Part shown: in pieces, positions 12,901 through 27,300 of the stretch
Layout of the letters: the number at the start of each line of letters is the position of its first letter
Numbering within the stretch: position 1 is the stretch's first letter
DNA from: Bugula neritina
Lineage: Eukaryota; Animalia; Bryozoa
Length of the DNA stretch: 64,000 nucleotides
Direction of reading: 5' to 3'
NCBI GenBank assembly: GCA_964035545.1
Contig: OZ037768.1
Location: 21,609,319-21,673,318, forward strand
The notes under the pieces: model-generated
Seen by the model: only the letters and a program-made list of their open reading frames with translations
What the model was told of the DNA's origin: nothing
Databases searched by the model: none
Translations under genes and position numbers: made by a program

Positions 12901-14858
12901 ATTTAAATGTCTTTAGTTTTTTTAATTCAACTGGTAAGAGATGTTTGGCAGATTTTCCTACTTAATATCACAGAGTTTACAGTAATAATAGCTTTATTAG
13001 CTACAAAAGTTTAAGTTTTTGAATTACCAATTAAGCGAGAGCTGCAGCTAGCTAATTAGAGCTCACCTTTTCCTTGTAGAGGTGTCATCCCCAAAACTTG
13101 GCATCTCATCTTGTGTGTCTTCATTTGTCACCTGCTCATCGCCGTGTTGGTTATAGATATCTCTGGGTTCCACATGCTCTCTATCATAAAGCCCACCAAT
13201 ATGTGGATCTCTTAAACCAGCCACTCGAGTTGGCCTACAAGTCATATATTCTACATTTTGGCAGTTTTTAAAAAAATATGACAAACAACAGTATTATGTA
13301 AAAGACTTTTGAAAAAATTTAGAAATTTTTGGTAATTTTTATGTTTAAAACAACCATCAAAACTTTATTTATAAAACATCTGCCAAATCAAAAAGTTTTG
13401 CCTTTCTCAGTATGATATTTTTCTATGTTTATTTAGCTACCCGGCTCACCTAATTATTATTTGTTCTCACCTTCCCCCATCAGCATTCAGTTTCTTGAGA
13501 TCCTCTTCGGCAGCGAGTCTACGGAGTAACTTGGTGTACCTCTCTATGAAATTCTGACCAGGTACTTCTTCATTCACATCTTCTAGAAATGATCTATAGA
13601 CAAATAAGGTAAAGTGAAAACTGATGTTACTTTCATGAAGCCTACTGCCCTATAGTGTCTAGTAGGCTACTATTCTGGAAGGTAACAGCTTGAGCTGCTC
13701 AAATGGCTATCAAGAAAACTTACTAGCTTGTTGCAGCAACAATTAAGTAAGTACACCATGTGACTATCTTTTTACATACTTATGCGACTTTCTTATTCAT
13801 CGTCATTCACTCATAGTGTTAATATAAACACGTTTCTATATATTTGGCTATTACTTATGCAGCTTCTTTATTCATTGCCATTGAGCTCACTGGTTAATAA
13901 ATACTCATGTATGTAGAAAACAGCAACTGTCACTTATCCAGATTTACTAGTCTCACTCACTTAGAGTTACTAATGCCACTCACACTAGCCTTACTCACCT
14001 AGAGTTACTAGTGTCACTGGCACAACTTCTATCATTAGTTAGCATCTCATCATCATTTTCAAGAGGCAATCTTTCTTCACGGTCTCCATCAAATGACTTC
14101 ATCCAACAGTATCTAGGGAAACTCCTGTAAACAAGCAAAGACATGTCATCATGTTCAAAATGTGGTCACAAAATGATAAAACCAAATGCTAACTAACTAA
14201 AAGGTCGGAACCAGATAGAACCTTGGCTAAAGACAAAAGTTAGCAGCTTATGAAATTCAGAGTTGTCATACCTCTGTTTAGTGTCGAGTCTCCTTCCATT
14301 GGATAATTCTTCCTGTGCCACTTTGTACAGAGTCTGGTCATAGGTGTCAGCAAATGCGTGATAGAGCTCTTCAGACCTCTGAGAGCTGCATTCAGCCAGG
14401 CTATAAGGTTGAGCAATATTTATTGTAAAATCAGGTAAGCAGAAGGGCTCATCCTGTCATCCAATGAATTTAATAGTTTTTGGAAGTCACTGATAATTAA
14501 TTAATTAGAAATGTGAAGATTTTCTCTTAATCTATAACTGACTTATGTTACATGGTAAATGAAACATGCGTGATGGTGACCTTCGGTATATATAGTCTAT
14601 AGGCAAAGATGAATAACTCATCACTAAAGATCGCTTGTCTTTAAGGCCTATTCTATAACTTTAATTAGCACCCTAATTAAAGACAACTACTCAGGCTATA
14701 CAGACATGTGTATGTACTAAATAATAATACTGTAAGATAACTAAGTATAGGCTATTCTCATTATGTAGATATATAAGAACTCTCTCTCACCTTCCTGTAC
14801 TCAGATTTCTTACTGGTACATCCCCAGCAGATGTTCTACTAAATATCCTCCCAAACAT
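9964..14858 (-). CDS. Orphan ~712-aa disordered protein: acidic cassette-exon N-half plus Lys/Pro/Thr-rich C-half with short terminal coiled coil (11 coding exons)
   Basis: Minus-strand exons 14858-14791 (ATG, MFGRIFSRTSAGDVPVRNLSTG), 14400-14272, 14124-13999, 13593-13471, 13234-13067, 12799-12695, 12516-12370, 12031-11909, 11707-11591, 11273-11154, 10876-9964. Canonical AG/GT throughout, stop-free join of 2139 nt. The last exon is the 310-aa ORF in the track. Confidence 0.8.
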
Positions 14859-15715
14859 GTCTCCCAGTCAGTCACCTACAGATTGTAAAAAGAAGATGCA
14901 TTAAAACTACTCTTTCATTTTAATAGATAATTGTTTGCTAATTCTTCCAAAGTGTAAGCTGCATGAGAAAAGCACTCATCAGTGACTAGAAATGTAGAGT
15001 TATTGCTTGAATCACAACATGGTTTAAAATCTACACAGTCTACCATTGATTTCTTAGCAAAAATATATTCCAGATATAATGATAGTGATAAAATTGCATG
15101 AGACAAGTAAAGTGAAGCAAGGTATAAATTGTTACATGTTTAGAAAACTGATTGGTACTCACCTAACTGAAGGCAGTATGAGGAGATAACTCTAATAGCA
15201 ACTTGTAGAAGGAATACAGTAAATATATAATAACAAAATATATAGTAATAAGATAATAATATTCAGCACATAGGATTAGCATAAAATATGATATCTAGCT
15301 TTGACAGTAAAACAAGATAAAGTGAGAAATCGTGAGACTTCACAACAATCAATGATTATTAAGTTGTGTATTGTTGGCTTAATGATACATTCCTGATATC
15401 TTTTTATTAATTATATAGCTTGCTAGTAGAAAGGAATTTACTAAAACTGATTGTTTATGAGAATATTTCAATTTTTAGTTGAAAATGTTATTATATAATT
15501 ATTTAATGATAGATTATAAAAAAACATAACATATATGTGAATAATTATTATACAGATTTTGGTTATATACTATAATAGCTTATAGTATGCTTTTATTAGC
15601 AAAGTATGTTATGGTTATAAAGGTGCAGAGTTGCTGTTTCTTTGATTAACCTTAGTTTTAACACAAGTATTGCTATTTCAGGTTATCTGGCTGAGTGCAT
15701 GTGTAGTGTTGAGTT

Positions 15716-15787
15716 TATCCACTGGTGTAATTGTTTAGTGCGCCTGCTTGCAAGCCGGAGGTCTGTTGTTCGAATCCCAGTTGAGGA
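15716..15787 (+). mobile_element. tRNA-like short repeat / SINE family 2 head
   Basis: GGTGTAATTGTTTAGTGCGCCTGCTTGCAAGCCGGAGGTCTGTTGTTCGAATCCCAGTTGAG, homologous to 32762-32833. Confidence 0.55.
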
Positions 15788-16477
15788 AACAGTTTTACAG
15801 ATGCAGATTTTCAAAAATATAATTTTTAAAAAATAACTTTGTTTGAAGACTTTTTCTTAAGCCAAGTATACATGGCTTTGCCACAGATTCTTTCTTATAT
15901 ATATCTGAATTATTGTCTCCTTATAGTTACTCTACTGCATGGAAACACATTGAATAGATATCCTTACGTATTATAAGTATTATGAAGATAAACAGTTTAT
16001 GCAGAAAGCATGCAGGCATTTAAAAAACAGCAATAACACCCATTATCAATTGATAATTTTATATTCATATTTATATTATTTATTTTTCATGGAATAATTT
16101 ACGTAAAACAAATACATATATTATTAAGACTATAGGTAGTCAATTATATATCAGTTTACACACTGACACAGTTTTACCAAATATTCCAACAATAAATGGT
16201 GTCTCTGTGAACTCTGTAAAAATAACTATGAAAAAATTCAGCTGCAGCTATACATACTTCAAAGTGAGTTATAAATAAAAAAAATTAATATTTTAGGAAG
16301 CACCAGTCAAAATCTAAAAAATATCTTCATACTATGATAATTATGTATCAACATGGGCAATATAACTGAATTTAACACTTAGAAGTTTAAATTAAAATCA
16401 TGTTGATAAATCAACATAGTATTTTATTACTCCGTTAACATGTAATCAATAAGTCATGCAGAAAACAACTCAGTTAA

Positions 16478-16861
16478 AAGAGAAAAACCCAAGAACTGGT
16501 CCAAAGAAGGTTCAAATTGTCCAAACTAAGACAAGCAAGATGCGTGCCTGTAGAAATTTAAGTAACACAAAGACTCCGATAAACCAGATAAATCAAGCAT
16601 AAAAAATGCTAGAAACAAAAGGAAGCACCGAACTAAAAACAACACACTCCTATGATTTTGAAACCAAACGCACCAATGCACAGAAATAATATGCTAAAGA
16701 CATCAGCCCCACAGTCAATTGTATTACCAAGCAAAACTCTGTTTCCCCAAGAAAGCTGTTCACCCAAATATTTGTTGGACCAAGTCAGAGAATTAAAAGA
16801 ACTTGCCAGTAATTTACACCAACGTTGTCAAATACTTGAAGAGCAGCTAGAAAACTGCCCT
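16478..16861 (+). pseudogene. Inverted, frameshifted copy of the 3' part of the terminal exon of the 9964-14858 gene
   Basis: GPKKVQIVQTKTSKMRACRNL and LPSKTLFPQESCSPKYLLDQVRELKELASNL closely match the ORF at 9964-10340 on the opposite strand; 1-bp insertion and TAA near 16600. Confidence 0.85.
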
Positions 16862-18519
16862 AATCTTGAAGAGATGAAAAGAAATTTCCCACAGCAATGG
16901 CTATGTCAATATTGGTACTATGTTATAGTGGTTGAAATATGATTTACTTGAACCAGCACATATACACTATACAAACTATATAGATTTGGTTTGGCAGGTG
17001 CAAATGCATTCTGACTTTAATTTTAGTTGACTTGAGACACCTTGCATAAAAAAACACCATAGACGCAAAACAATTATAAAACTTAGAAGAATTTTTATTA
17101 GAATCAAACGTATCTCTTCATTCTTTAGTTACTGTACTTGCAACTTTTTAGTAAAGTTATAAGAGGTACGTATTTCTATATTGCATTTGTGTGATTTCAT
17201 GTCAAATTCATGCAATGTTTCATATATGTTCTGTAAAAACATGACTGGGTATGTTTGACTAAAAAAAGGAAACTGATAGATATCTGACCATACGTTCTCC
17301 AAACTCACCAAATGTCTACCTTGGTAACAAAAAGTCAAGCACATCATATGTACCTCAAAGAATAAGATAACATCACAGACATGTGATGGAAACAATACTT
17401 TTCAAAAAAAATTTCTAAATAAAAAATTAGCATCTTTTGGGTTTTTTCTTACTGACCAACCTAGAAGAACTCAATTATTTTGCTAAGCATTATATAACAA
17501 CAAAGCAAACACTTAGGCCATATATCACTCAAAAGTATACACCTATAGATTCTTCAACTTTTTACACCTATGCCGAAAAAGTGTGCCTTAAGATGAAATG
17601 TTGTGACTGCGGTGACACAAAACTTTAAATTTCAAGCAAAAACACTGTTAGGAGTCAAAAGAAAGGTTCTAGTGAACCAAATCATCTGAAAGTGTGCAGA
17701 ACCGAACCCCTTAGAATCTGGAAGGAAATGGTTAATCAATTGCAGCAAATAGAAAAAGGTTTACATACTGAATCATAAAGTCACACGCAAAAGACAAACC
17801 AGTTAAGAAAGAGAACCTCATCTAAAAGCACTTTTTAATTAAAAGCTAATAAAATGCATGCTTTAAAAATGAAAGAATCAATAATAAACTACAAGTCAAT
17901 AACATTATTAAATGGGGACCCAAAGACGCCCATCAGTCTTAAGATGAAGAAACAACTAACAATGTCACAGCTAATTTCATTACTAAACAAAGCACTACTC
18001 AGTAGAAACTCTTGTCTATATCTGCATGCTTTAAACTAAATAAATAAAGAACTAAGCTTTAGATAGTTTACTACAACATTTTTGATAAGTTGAGTACATT
18101 TGAGGAGTTTTGTTTTCGTATCATAAGCTACTTTCGGCAATATCAACTGTTTTGAATTTAAGAAGTGTTTGTAGTTGTCCCCACTTCTTCATCTTTCCTC
18201 AGGGTTTACTTTATTCACTGCTTGATTGTCATAATCTAGGTCATAGATATTAACCAATCATGTTCGTAGAAGGTCCATCTTTTCTTCTAAGGAAATGATA
18301 TAAATAATCATTAGAGACAAAATATATCCAAGTAGTTACTGTATATATTGCAATAAAAAACACTGTGACATATACAGAAATGGCACTATAGTACTTTTAT
18401 GCCAATGTACTATAGTACATAATTATTCATTTAATACTTTTTTATCCTCAATTGGTTAACAATTATATATAAAACATGGCAGCAGTTATTATATATAACA
18501 TATATAAACATCAGTTATG

Positions 18520-18710
18520 TAAAGATGTGTGTATGTACTAATTAATAAAACTGTAGGCCCTAAGATAACTCAATGGGTTGATCTCATTATGTAGATATAT
18601 AATTACTCTCTCTCACCTTTCTGTACTCAGATTTCTTACTGGTACATCCCCAGCAGATGTTCTATTAAATATTCTACCAAATATGTCTCTCAGTCACCTG
18701 CAGATTGTAA
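18520..18710 (-). pseudogene. Copy of first coding exon and flanking intron of the 9964-14858 gene, start codon mutated ATG>ATA
   Basis: Near-identical to 14700-14890; ccaaacatgt becomes ccaaatatgt at 18682. Upstream sequence 15283-15395 is also repeated at 19473-19595. Confidence 0.8.
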
Positions 18711-18914
18711 AATAATTGTTATTTCTTTTGTATAGATTAAAAGTGTTTTTCATTTTTATGAATATAAAAGGTTGCCAGATTTTTAAACTTTATGTTTGCT
18801 TAAAATATTATCTATAATGACTGATTTTAGCAGCAATAGCTAGCTTTTTGATGTTGAAAAGCTATTGGGTAAAAAGTCCAGGAATTAAGCATATAAAAAG
18901 TCTTTATATGGATC

Positions 18915-19100
18915 AAGCAGCACTGGCTTAGTAAATACTAAGTCATGGGTTCGAACCCCAGTAATGATATTAGGAAGAGCATTCAGTCATAGTTGCTCCT
19001 GTGCCACATTCGAATAAATCCTTGGCTTGCTTTAAAACCCCCTACCAGGGGTTATTTCTCAGAAGGGATAATGACTATATAATAAACTTGAGTGAGTTTT
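18915..19100 (+). mobile_element. tRNA-derived SINE, family 1 (internally deleted head)
   Basis: GGCTTAGTAAAT...GTCATGGGTTCGAACCCCAGT...TTAGGAAGAGCATTCAGTCAT matches the other copies. Confidence 0.7.
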
Positions 19101-21300
19101 TATATGAAATAATTTCTATCTTTCTAGCTGTCTAAATAAATTCATAACTTACCAAATCTGTGCTAGAAGAACTCTGATCTATGTAGTTTGACATGCATTT
19201 GCTGCTGCTTATAACTCATGGCTTTTTCTATGATGATGCTTTTGGTGCCTTTTTCATAGCTGCAAATTAGAGCTAAAATAGTAGTGTCATCTCAGAATTT
19301 CTGCAAAATTTCTAGCTAAATAAATCAGTTTTTAGGTAAAAAATCCAAGCAGCCTGTACTATACTATTTCCTGCAGCTGCAACCCATCAACTTATAACAT
19401 TTTAATCCATGTGCATGTAGAAGTGTAATACAGCCAATATACAATAAGGCACAGTAGCTAGAAAATTATCCTAAAATATGATATCTATATAGCTTTGCCA
19501 GTAAAACGAAATGAAATGAGAAATTGTGAGACCAGCTGTAAACAATCAATGATTATCAAATTATAGTGTATTGTTGACTTAATGGTACATTCTTGTAATT
19601 ATTATATTTTCTTAACCAGCCAACAAAGTAATATGATGTTTGATCAATAAAATAACTTCTAATTTACGAAAATGCAAAAATATTTTGTCCTCTCTCTTTG
19701 TGAACAAATTATCAATTCCATAAGAAAATGCACAAACTAGTGAAAGAAGTCTCATGACCTGTTGTAAAATTATTTAATTTATCAAACATTTGTTTTGCAA
19801 AATCTTGTACGTTTAGCTGCATTTTAACTTTTATCAATGCTGATTGAAAAGGATTGAAAAGGATTTGAGTTTTTCTCACTTTTCATAAAATTAATTGCTC
19901 ATCTAATTTTAGATATAATTTTTCAGGCTCATCGGTTTGGAACTAACTAGATGTAATTAAAATATTAGCTTTTTTGGCTGCTTTATGTCATATATGTTAA
20001 TTATAAACAATTTCTAAATTTATTTCAGTAAAATTCTAACTAAGGTAGTAATTCACTTTTCCATTCTGAATAATTCTGTCCAAATGAGCGCTAAAAGTAT
20101 TTGATTTTTCTAATTTAAAACTAATTTGGCAAAAGCAATAATTTGTGAACTTGTAAACTACAATACTTGGTTATAGGTTAAAGAAGTCACCTACTGGCCA
20201 AATTTTGAGTCATATGGATTATATGTATTTATGTGAAATAAACTTGTGATTAACTATATCAATACTTTTAGAGAGCAAAAGGTTTTAAGTGTTGAGCTGT
20301 TTTGATTGTGCTGCTGCTTGTTATGTCGAAAATGGTAAGTCTTAACTTAAGGGGTGTAACGAAATCTGTTAAGTTTTATGAGCTGCACACACAGCCATTC
20401 TTGTTTGTATAACATTTGACCACATAGTGGCCAAATAAACTTGTAAATATTCTTTCCCAGTCAATTCTAACTATATAAGTTGCATTGAGCATTATATTAT
20501 TATTTGCATACTTTTTTGAAAGCAGACACCTGGAATATACAAACAATCGCCATAATTACTTTTTTATTTTATAAAGTAAACTGAAAGTGAATATAAGTTT
20601 GTATTCTTTGTCTAGCTCTCAAACAATGCCGATGTCAAAACAATTATAAAGCAACATGATGCAATAAATAAAATAAAAAAATGATGCCACAGGTCACTCA
20701 ATAATGTTAGTAGCTAATAAAGAGAAAGCAACTCTCTTCCTTTTCATTGAACATTGTTTCGCCAAGATTTGGTTTGGTATTTTATATAATAAATGGAGAT
20801 ACTTTTATAAACTTGATATACGAATGTAAAATGTAGAACTTATTCAATGGCTTTTGAATATTGTAAAATATGCGGCAATAAAATTACTATTCACATTAAA
20901 TGGCATTTTCAGCATAACTAATCATATCTTACTGGAAAGGCATACAACATTTTTTAAAGATTATTAATTTATTCTGCATGGTAAAACAATTAAGTGTATG
21001 TTGCGCTATGCTGTCCATATCCCATTTTGAATAGCAGCAGAATAAAAACCAATTTTCTATTCTTTGAGTTTACTGAATGGGTACAATACCTAGATGCAGT
21101 GAAACAATGAACCTTTATTGATTAAGTCATATATTTGTACATTGTTATTGTTTAAAGTCTAATAAGACTATTTATAAAGTATTTGCTACTTGCTGTTATT
21201 TTCATTAACCTGGTGAATGGCTTACATAAAAAGACTAACAAGGAGATAGTTGCCCTGTTTTTGCTCTGTCAGCTTAGAAGGACTCATATAAAATAACAAG

Positions 21301-24300
21301 ATGGGTAGCGTTTCATCCTTTTCAGCATGTAAACCAATATATGTGGACTGTGAGAAATGTGGCTTCTATTATGATGTTTATATGTTGAGGCTGCTAATTA
21401 GGGAAAATGACTGCAAATGTTGTATTTGTGGGGTATGTATATACATTTATTATCATCATTACTTTATGCATAATGCAATAGTTTTATGATTCACCAAAAG
21501 CTATCTGTAACCATGCGCCATGATGTTTGTTGTATAGTAAAGTAGATTTAAAGATAATAGACAGCTGCATCTTTTATTTAGACAGTTGCAATCATGCAAA
21601 AATAATTGAAGTTTAAGTTTCTTAAAGTCTCCAACAATTACTAAAATCTCCAATTTAGTCTCTACTGAGACTCAAACAACTGACCTTTATTGAGCCAGTA
21701 CTCTAACTACTAGACCACTGCTGTTTGCTTTACAGATTATTATAAATTTAAAATCAATTTTACATTGTGATTATAAATATACAAAAAATTAAGGTAATGG
21801 TCTTAATTTATACTTTTATACTATATGAATTTATCATATATTTTTATTAAAATTATTACCTATAAAGGTTGTAATGCTGAAAATTTTAGTTTGCTTTTGG
21901 CGATGACTTGAAAGAAGAAGCATATGAGAAAAGATTGGATGCGAGTAAGAAAAAGCTAGATAAAGAGCTTGGTATATGGTGCAAAAAGATTTATGAAGTA
22001 AATATAATTTAGAATTCTGTGAAATATATCTGATATGAAGTCACTGACGTATAGTTTAGTGTCCAAAGCATACAATGAGGTTATATTTTATTGTTTAAGG
22101 TATCTAAATTGTAATGAATTCATGTTATTCATATGTTAATATATGAATAGTTTTTATAAAAACCCGCAATTTTTGTATTGAATGTAGTTTTTCCAACATG
22201 GTATACTTTGTATATTATATCAGTAATTCACAGTAGGCTACAGAGGTTTTGCTAATCAACAATTTAAGACAAAACTTATACGTATACATATGCATATACC
22301 TATATTTATACTTCTCACACTGAAATCTATATAAAAATATACATATACTTATATACAAGTTTACACTTATACTTATACCTCACATGCACATTAATTACAT
22401 TTTAAACACAGGTATTCGATTTTTGTAAAGGTTCCTGCAGGTATTGATGACGATTTTAAACATGCGGAGTCACTGGAAGAGAAAAGGTGGGAGATTGCTC
22501 AGTTGAGAGCTGCCCTAAACCTAATCAAGGTACACATGCTCTGATAGCCTCTGCACCAGTTTCAGTAAAAACTGTAAACATTACTTTTAGCTTTTGTTTG
22601 TATGCTCTACTCACACTGCCAAAAGTAATGTAAGACTGCAGCATGTTGAGAGAAAATTTTTGTGCCCAGTGGTAAATCATTTTCATAAGTTGCTGCTGCA
22701 CTTTGATGGACTGGTAGAGCTCTATACTTGCTCTATGGAACAATATAATAATATGACTTGGTTGAAGCCTATTAGCAGTAAATGATATTTTGATAATTAT
22801 AAGAATAAACATGGCTAAATTATGTTCATAAACTCAGTTTCTTGCTATTGCAAGTATGACACTCGAATCGTACCAACTGTGAGCTGTTATAGCTACACAT
22901 AGACTGTTTACAGTGGAAATAGCAAGGAAAGGGATATATGTAATGTGAAATGAGATTTTACATATAAGTGTAGTGTAAACTGGCATTAGAGAAAGGTATA
23001 ATCTGCATAACTGGTATAACATTATTAACATTACGCTATCATTATACTTAGTCTAGAAGTAACCTCCCAAAAAGTGCTCAAAAAATTGGCTTATTACACT
23101 TTACTAGGTGGCCACTCAAAAAAAGTTGTTTCTAGATCAAAATTTTGTGCTGATTCTGAATCTACAAACTCTAGAATTCTATCTCTACCCAAACTCAAGA
23201 TATTGCAAAAAACAAATCGGCATTTGTGAATTGTGCAAAATAGTATCCAATTTTATCAAGCTATCTTGAAGAAAAAATATTTGCTGAAATACCAAAAATA
23301 ATTGCTTCTTACTTAGAATTCTATGCTGATATTGAATTTAAAGACTGCAAGACGCTATCTCAAATTAAAACCAAGTTGTTTATATAAACATGTGTTTGTT
23401 ATGAATCTACATATATTGCATGAGGCATAAGCATGCAGAATAATCATGTATGACCAAGCTATTTATACAAAAATAAAAACAAAGTCATGCTGATGTGTGA
23501 AAAAACTATATTTATAAAATTATAGTACAAAGTAAATGTTGAAATGAATAAATATTGAAATCTTTTGTGCTCAGCCCAAGTGAACCATTTGCTATATAGT
23601 CTGTGGGTAGCCGTTAAACGTCTGCAAAAATCAACAAGATTTTGTAAAATTATTTAGAAGAACAGAAGCATGAGAGATTATCAAAATCAAATTGGTTGCA
23701 GCAAAATATATAACAAATGTCTAAAAATAGTGCTTTATTATGAAAAAGTATTCTCGTCACCATTGTCACTGTCGTCAGTATCATCAGCTTCTTCCCCAAT
23801 ATAGCCCTTCTTTTCAGACAATCCTTACATTGACAAACATCAGTGTATGCACTGCATTTGAGATTTCTGACATCCACATCTTGATATGTTCAGCTGGTCT
23901 TACAGGAGCAGTTTAAACTTTGCAATATACATGTTCAGGTACGGAAGCTTGAATCATCCACTTTATATTTATGTTGCCATGATTCTCAACAATCTTTTCA
24001 TAATGTTCTGGGGGTAGTGCATCAATATAGGCTGTTGTCACTTTTCTCCAAATGGCTGCCTGATAATTTGCTCTTTTTACATGCAAATTTAATTCATCTT
24101 TTGTTGGAGGCAAACTCTATTAAGTTATTTTAGACGGTGAACGAAATACAGTGTATCAGACATTATCTATATATGGATTTCCTGCTCCATAAAGCTTATA
24201 GACAAATTGTTCTACTTCAGCCGCTGTAATGGCTTACAGCTTAAAATACTTCCCATGCAAGGTGTTCAAAGTTTCCCATACATTATGGAAATTTTCTCAA

Positions 24301-27300
24301 AAAAGAGTAGGCTGTCCATAAAAAGCACTATAGTCGAATAAAAACCTGTTAAAGCATGAACTCTACCAAGTGCTGCACACAACTGCGGTTTGGATTTATT
24401 TGCTGCAATGTTGACATCCAAATATCTAATATGATTATGGTTTCCTCCCAGCGAGACGCGCTTTTTATTTTGTTACCATATATATTAATATTACCTATAT
24501 AACTGATGAATTGATTGCTAATATGCTAATAGCTATATGTAGCTAATACATATATACTAATACTAATACTAATATAGTAATACATTAATAATAGACACTA
24601 TCTTTAATGGATACTTATTAGCAAAATATATTTTTAAACAACAGACAAGATGAATAAAATAATATACAAAATTAATAAGTTAATGCAAATCAAAGGAACT
24701 TATTTACGTGCTAAATAACAAGCAATTGATCCAAGTTTATTTAAATATACATATATTTCAATAATATTAAAATAGGTTGCACATGAAAATACATTTTACC
24801 AAAATAAATAACTAGCGTCTAAGTAGGAAATTTAGTCTAGCCTCTATCTGGCATGACACCATGATTACCACACCAGTGAAAAAAATAATTGGTAAGAAGG
24901 TAATGTTTTGCAAATAGCGAGACTTAGGATGAAAGATTGAGATTTGATTATTACACGTGAGATTATGATGTTCATAAGATATTTTGCATGTAACAAAGTT
25001 TGTGTATCTGCTTCCTCATGATCTAATTGTAAGCATTTGAGTTGTGCTTTCTTAGGAATTTCACTATGTTTGGTAAAATTGTAGCGAACGCAATTTTTTT
25101 TGGTATGCATCAACTATAATAACAATATTGTTCTCTAAAATATTTTTACTCCATGTTTCACACAAAAATGCACCAGTCTCAAACTCAGCTTATTTTATTT
25201 GCTGATAAGAAATTATTATTTTTGCAACAAATGGCACACATGAAAAAAGTACATGCCTATGATCTTTGAATGAGGCAGCCCAAGATCATTTTTCTAATGG
25301 GTGGTCTAAATATAACCATATATATTAAACATTATAGGAAAGCTTTAGGGTATTTCTTCTGTAACTATAACTGAGATAAATTGGCTCTATAGTCATTATA
25401 TCAAGATAGTATAAAAATATGCATTTTAACCAATAGCATTGTTTTAAAAACCAAATTGCTTATGTATATATATATAGTTCAGCCTAAATTTATTAGCAAA
25501 GTTCAATTGTTCACGTACATTTAAAATATTATCTTCCGGAGTCCAGATCAACCAGCTCATGCTTCTCATTACTTTTTTGTAAAAGTAGTTATTATATAAT
25601 AAAAATGGTGAAGAAAATCATTATCAGACACAGCCTTACTTATAATTCGCCTTTTTTATAGCTGATCAATAATAATGTTTGCCTTATAACTGATAAACCC
25701 ATTCCTTTGCTTGTTTTCGTCCAAATAATCCACTTTTTTCAGATTTTTTCACAAGAAAATCACTAGAAATAAACTCAGAGAAGTGAAAAACACATCTATG
25801 ATTATCTGCAAAAGTTTTTGCTTGTATATACAATAAACTAGCTTCAATAATTTCAAGATAATATTTAATGGATTTGGACAAAGTTGTGGGGAAACAACTC
25901 CTGTAACATTTAAAAGAGTTTTTGTGACTAACCGGGTGAACAGAAAAATTTAGAGTTTTTATAAAAGAAAAGTGAAAAAAGTATCTATAATTATTAGCAA
26001 ATTTATTTTGCTTATATAAAATAAATTAGCTTGAATAATTCCAAAATATTTAGCCGATTCACAAAAACGTTAAGAGAAAACAACTCCTAATTGATTTTAA
26101 AAGTTTGAAGCGCTTTTGTGGCTAACTGGGTGCACAGAACTGTCTAGAGTTTTCACAGATTAATTAGGACCCTTCAAACTCTCCATTTCTAAAAAAATTG
26201 CGTGGCCACCCCTCGAAGTGTAATGAGTGAAAGATAATTGGAGGTTACTTCTAGACTAACTACCTAATTGAAACTTTGGCTTGTTATACTTGCCATAGTA
26301 TCAAAACTATGCAAGAAATTAATCTGAGAATTTCCTTCACTATTTTCCAAACTTGATGACTAAAAAATGATTTGAGTATTTTTAACCTCTTCATGTAACA
26401 TAAAAAAGCAGATTCGTTTTACTTGTCAATTCAAAACTATGCTAAGCTGTTATGCAGTTTTTATTACTAAAAGTTCAATTTACCAGAAAAGAGACTCAGT
26501 GACTTTGAAATTTGGTGAAGCCGTTGGAAGGATCACCTCCAGTCAGCTAAAATTAGAGAAACTAAAAGATGAAGCATTGGCAATTCAAAGAAGTGAATTT
26601 AAAAGTGGGGTGAGTGTTTTAATAGTGTATTTTAACACTGTTATGATTAGGATGTGTTCTAAACCAACAATGGCCAGATCTTAATCCTGTTCTGTGGTGC
26701 AGTGACTCTCCCATATAGTGTGATGGTTTGCACGATAGCTTGCAAGCCAAAGCTCTGAGGTTTGATTCCTGGTGGGAGCAAAAGTTTTGACAAGCTATTT
26801 AAACCCTGAGTGTTGGGTGCTATTACTCTTAGAAAGTCGAGAGACTGATTGAGAAGTAGAGGGCCAGTGAATTTTTGAAGAACCTAGTTGTCCATATAGT
26901 GTAGCCTAATGATAGCACACTAGTTTACAAGTTAGAAGTCTGAGGTTCAATTTCCAGTGAAGGCAAAAGTTTTTTAAATTTTCTTGTGACAAACCTAAAA
27001 TAATTGAAGAAAGAAAGACTGTCTCTCTGGTGGCTGGTCTATATTCCGAAGGCCCATTAGTCCGAAAGCCCATGGCTTCGAATGTGGTTGTTTAATAAGT
27101 TAACGTCGCATTATTTTCATTGCCCAGGCTAATATATATTGTATTGTAATTGGTCAAACAAGTAATGTAATGTTTTTACTTAATTAATTTTTGGCTAGTA
27201 CTTTATTTTTATTCCCAAGCTCTTCATTTTTTTACATTACCGCCCAAAAAAAAAACAAGTATCTTGGCGGTAAGTGTCTTACATAAATTCCAAATTGCAG

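Noticed and set aside
11154-14858. Neuropeptide/prohormone precursor (KR/RR at several exon ends)
   Set aside because: No N-terminal hydrophobic signal peptide and no repeated Gly-Lys-Arg amidation pattern; the basic residues follow from the AG| exon-end consensus.
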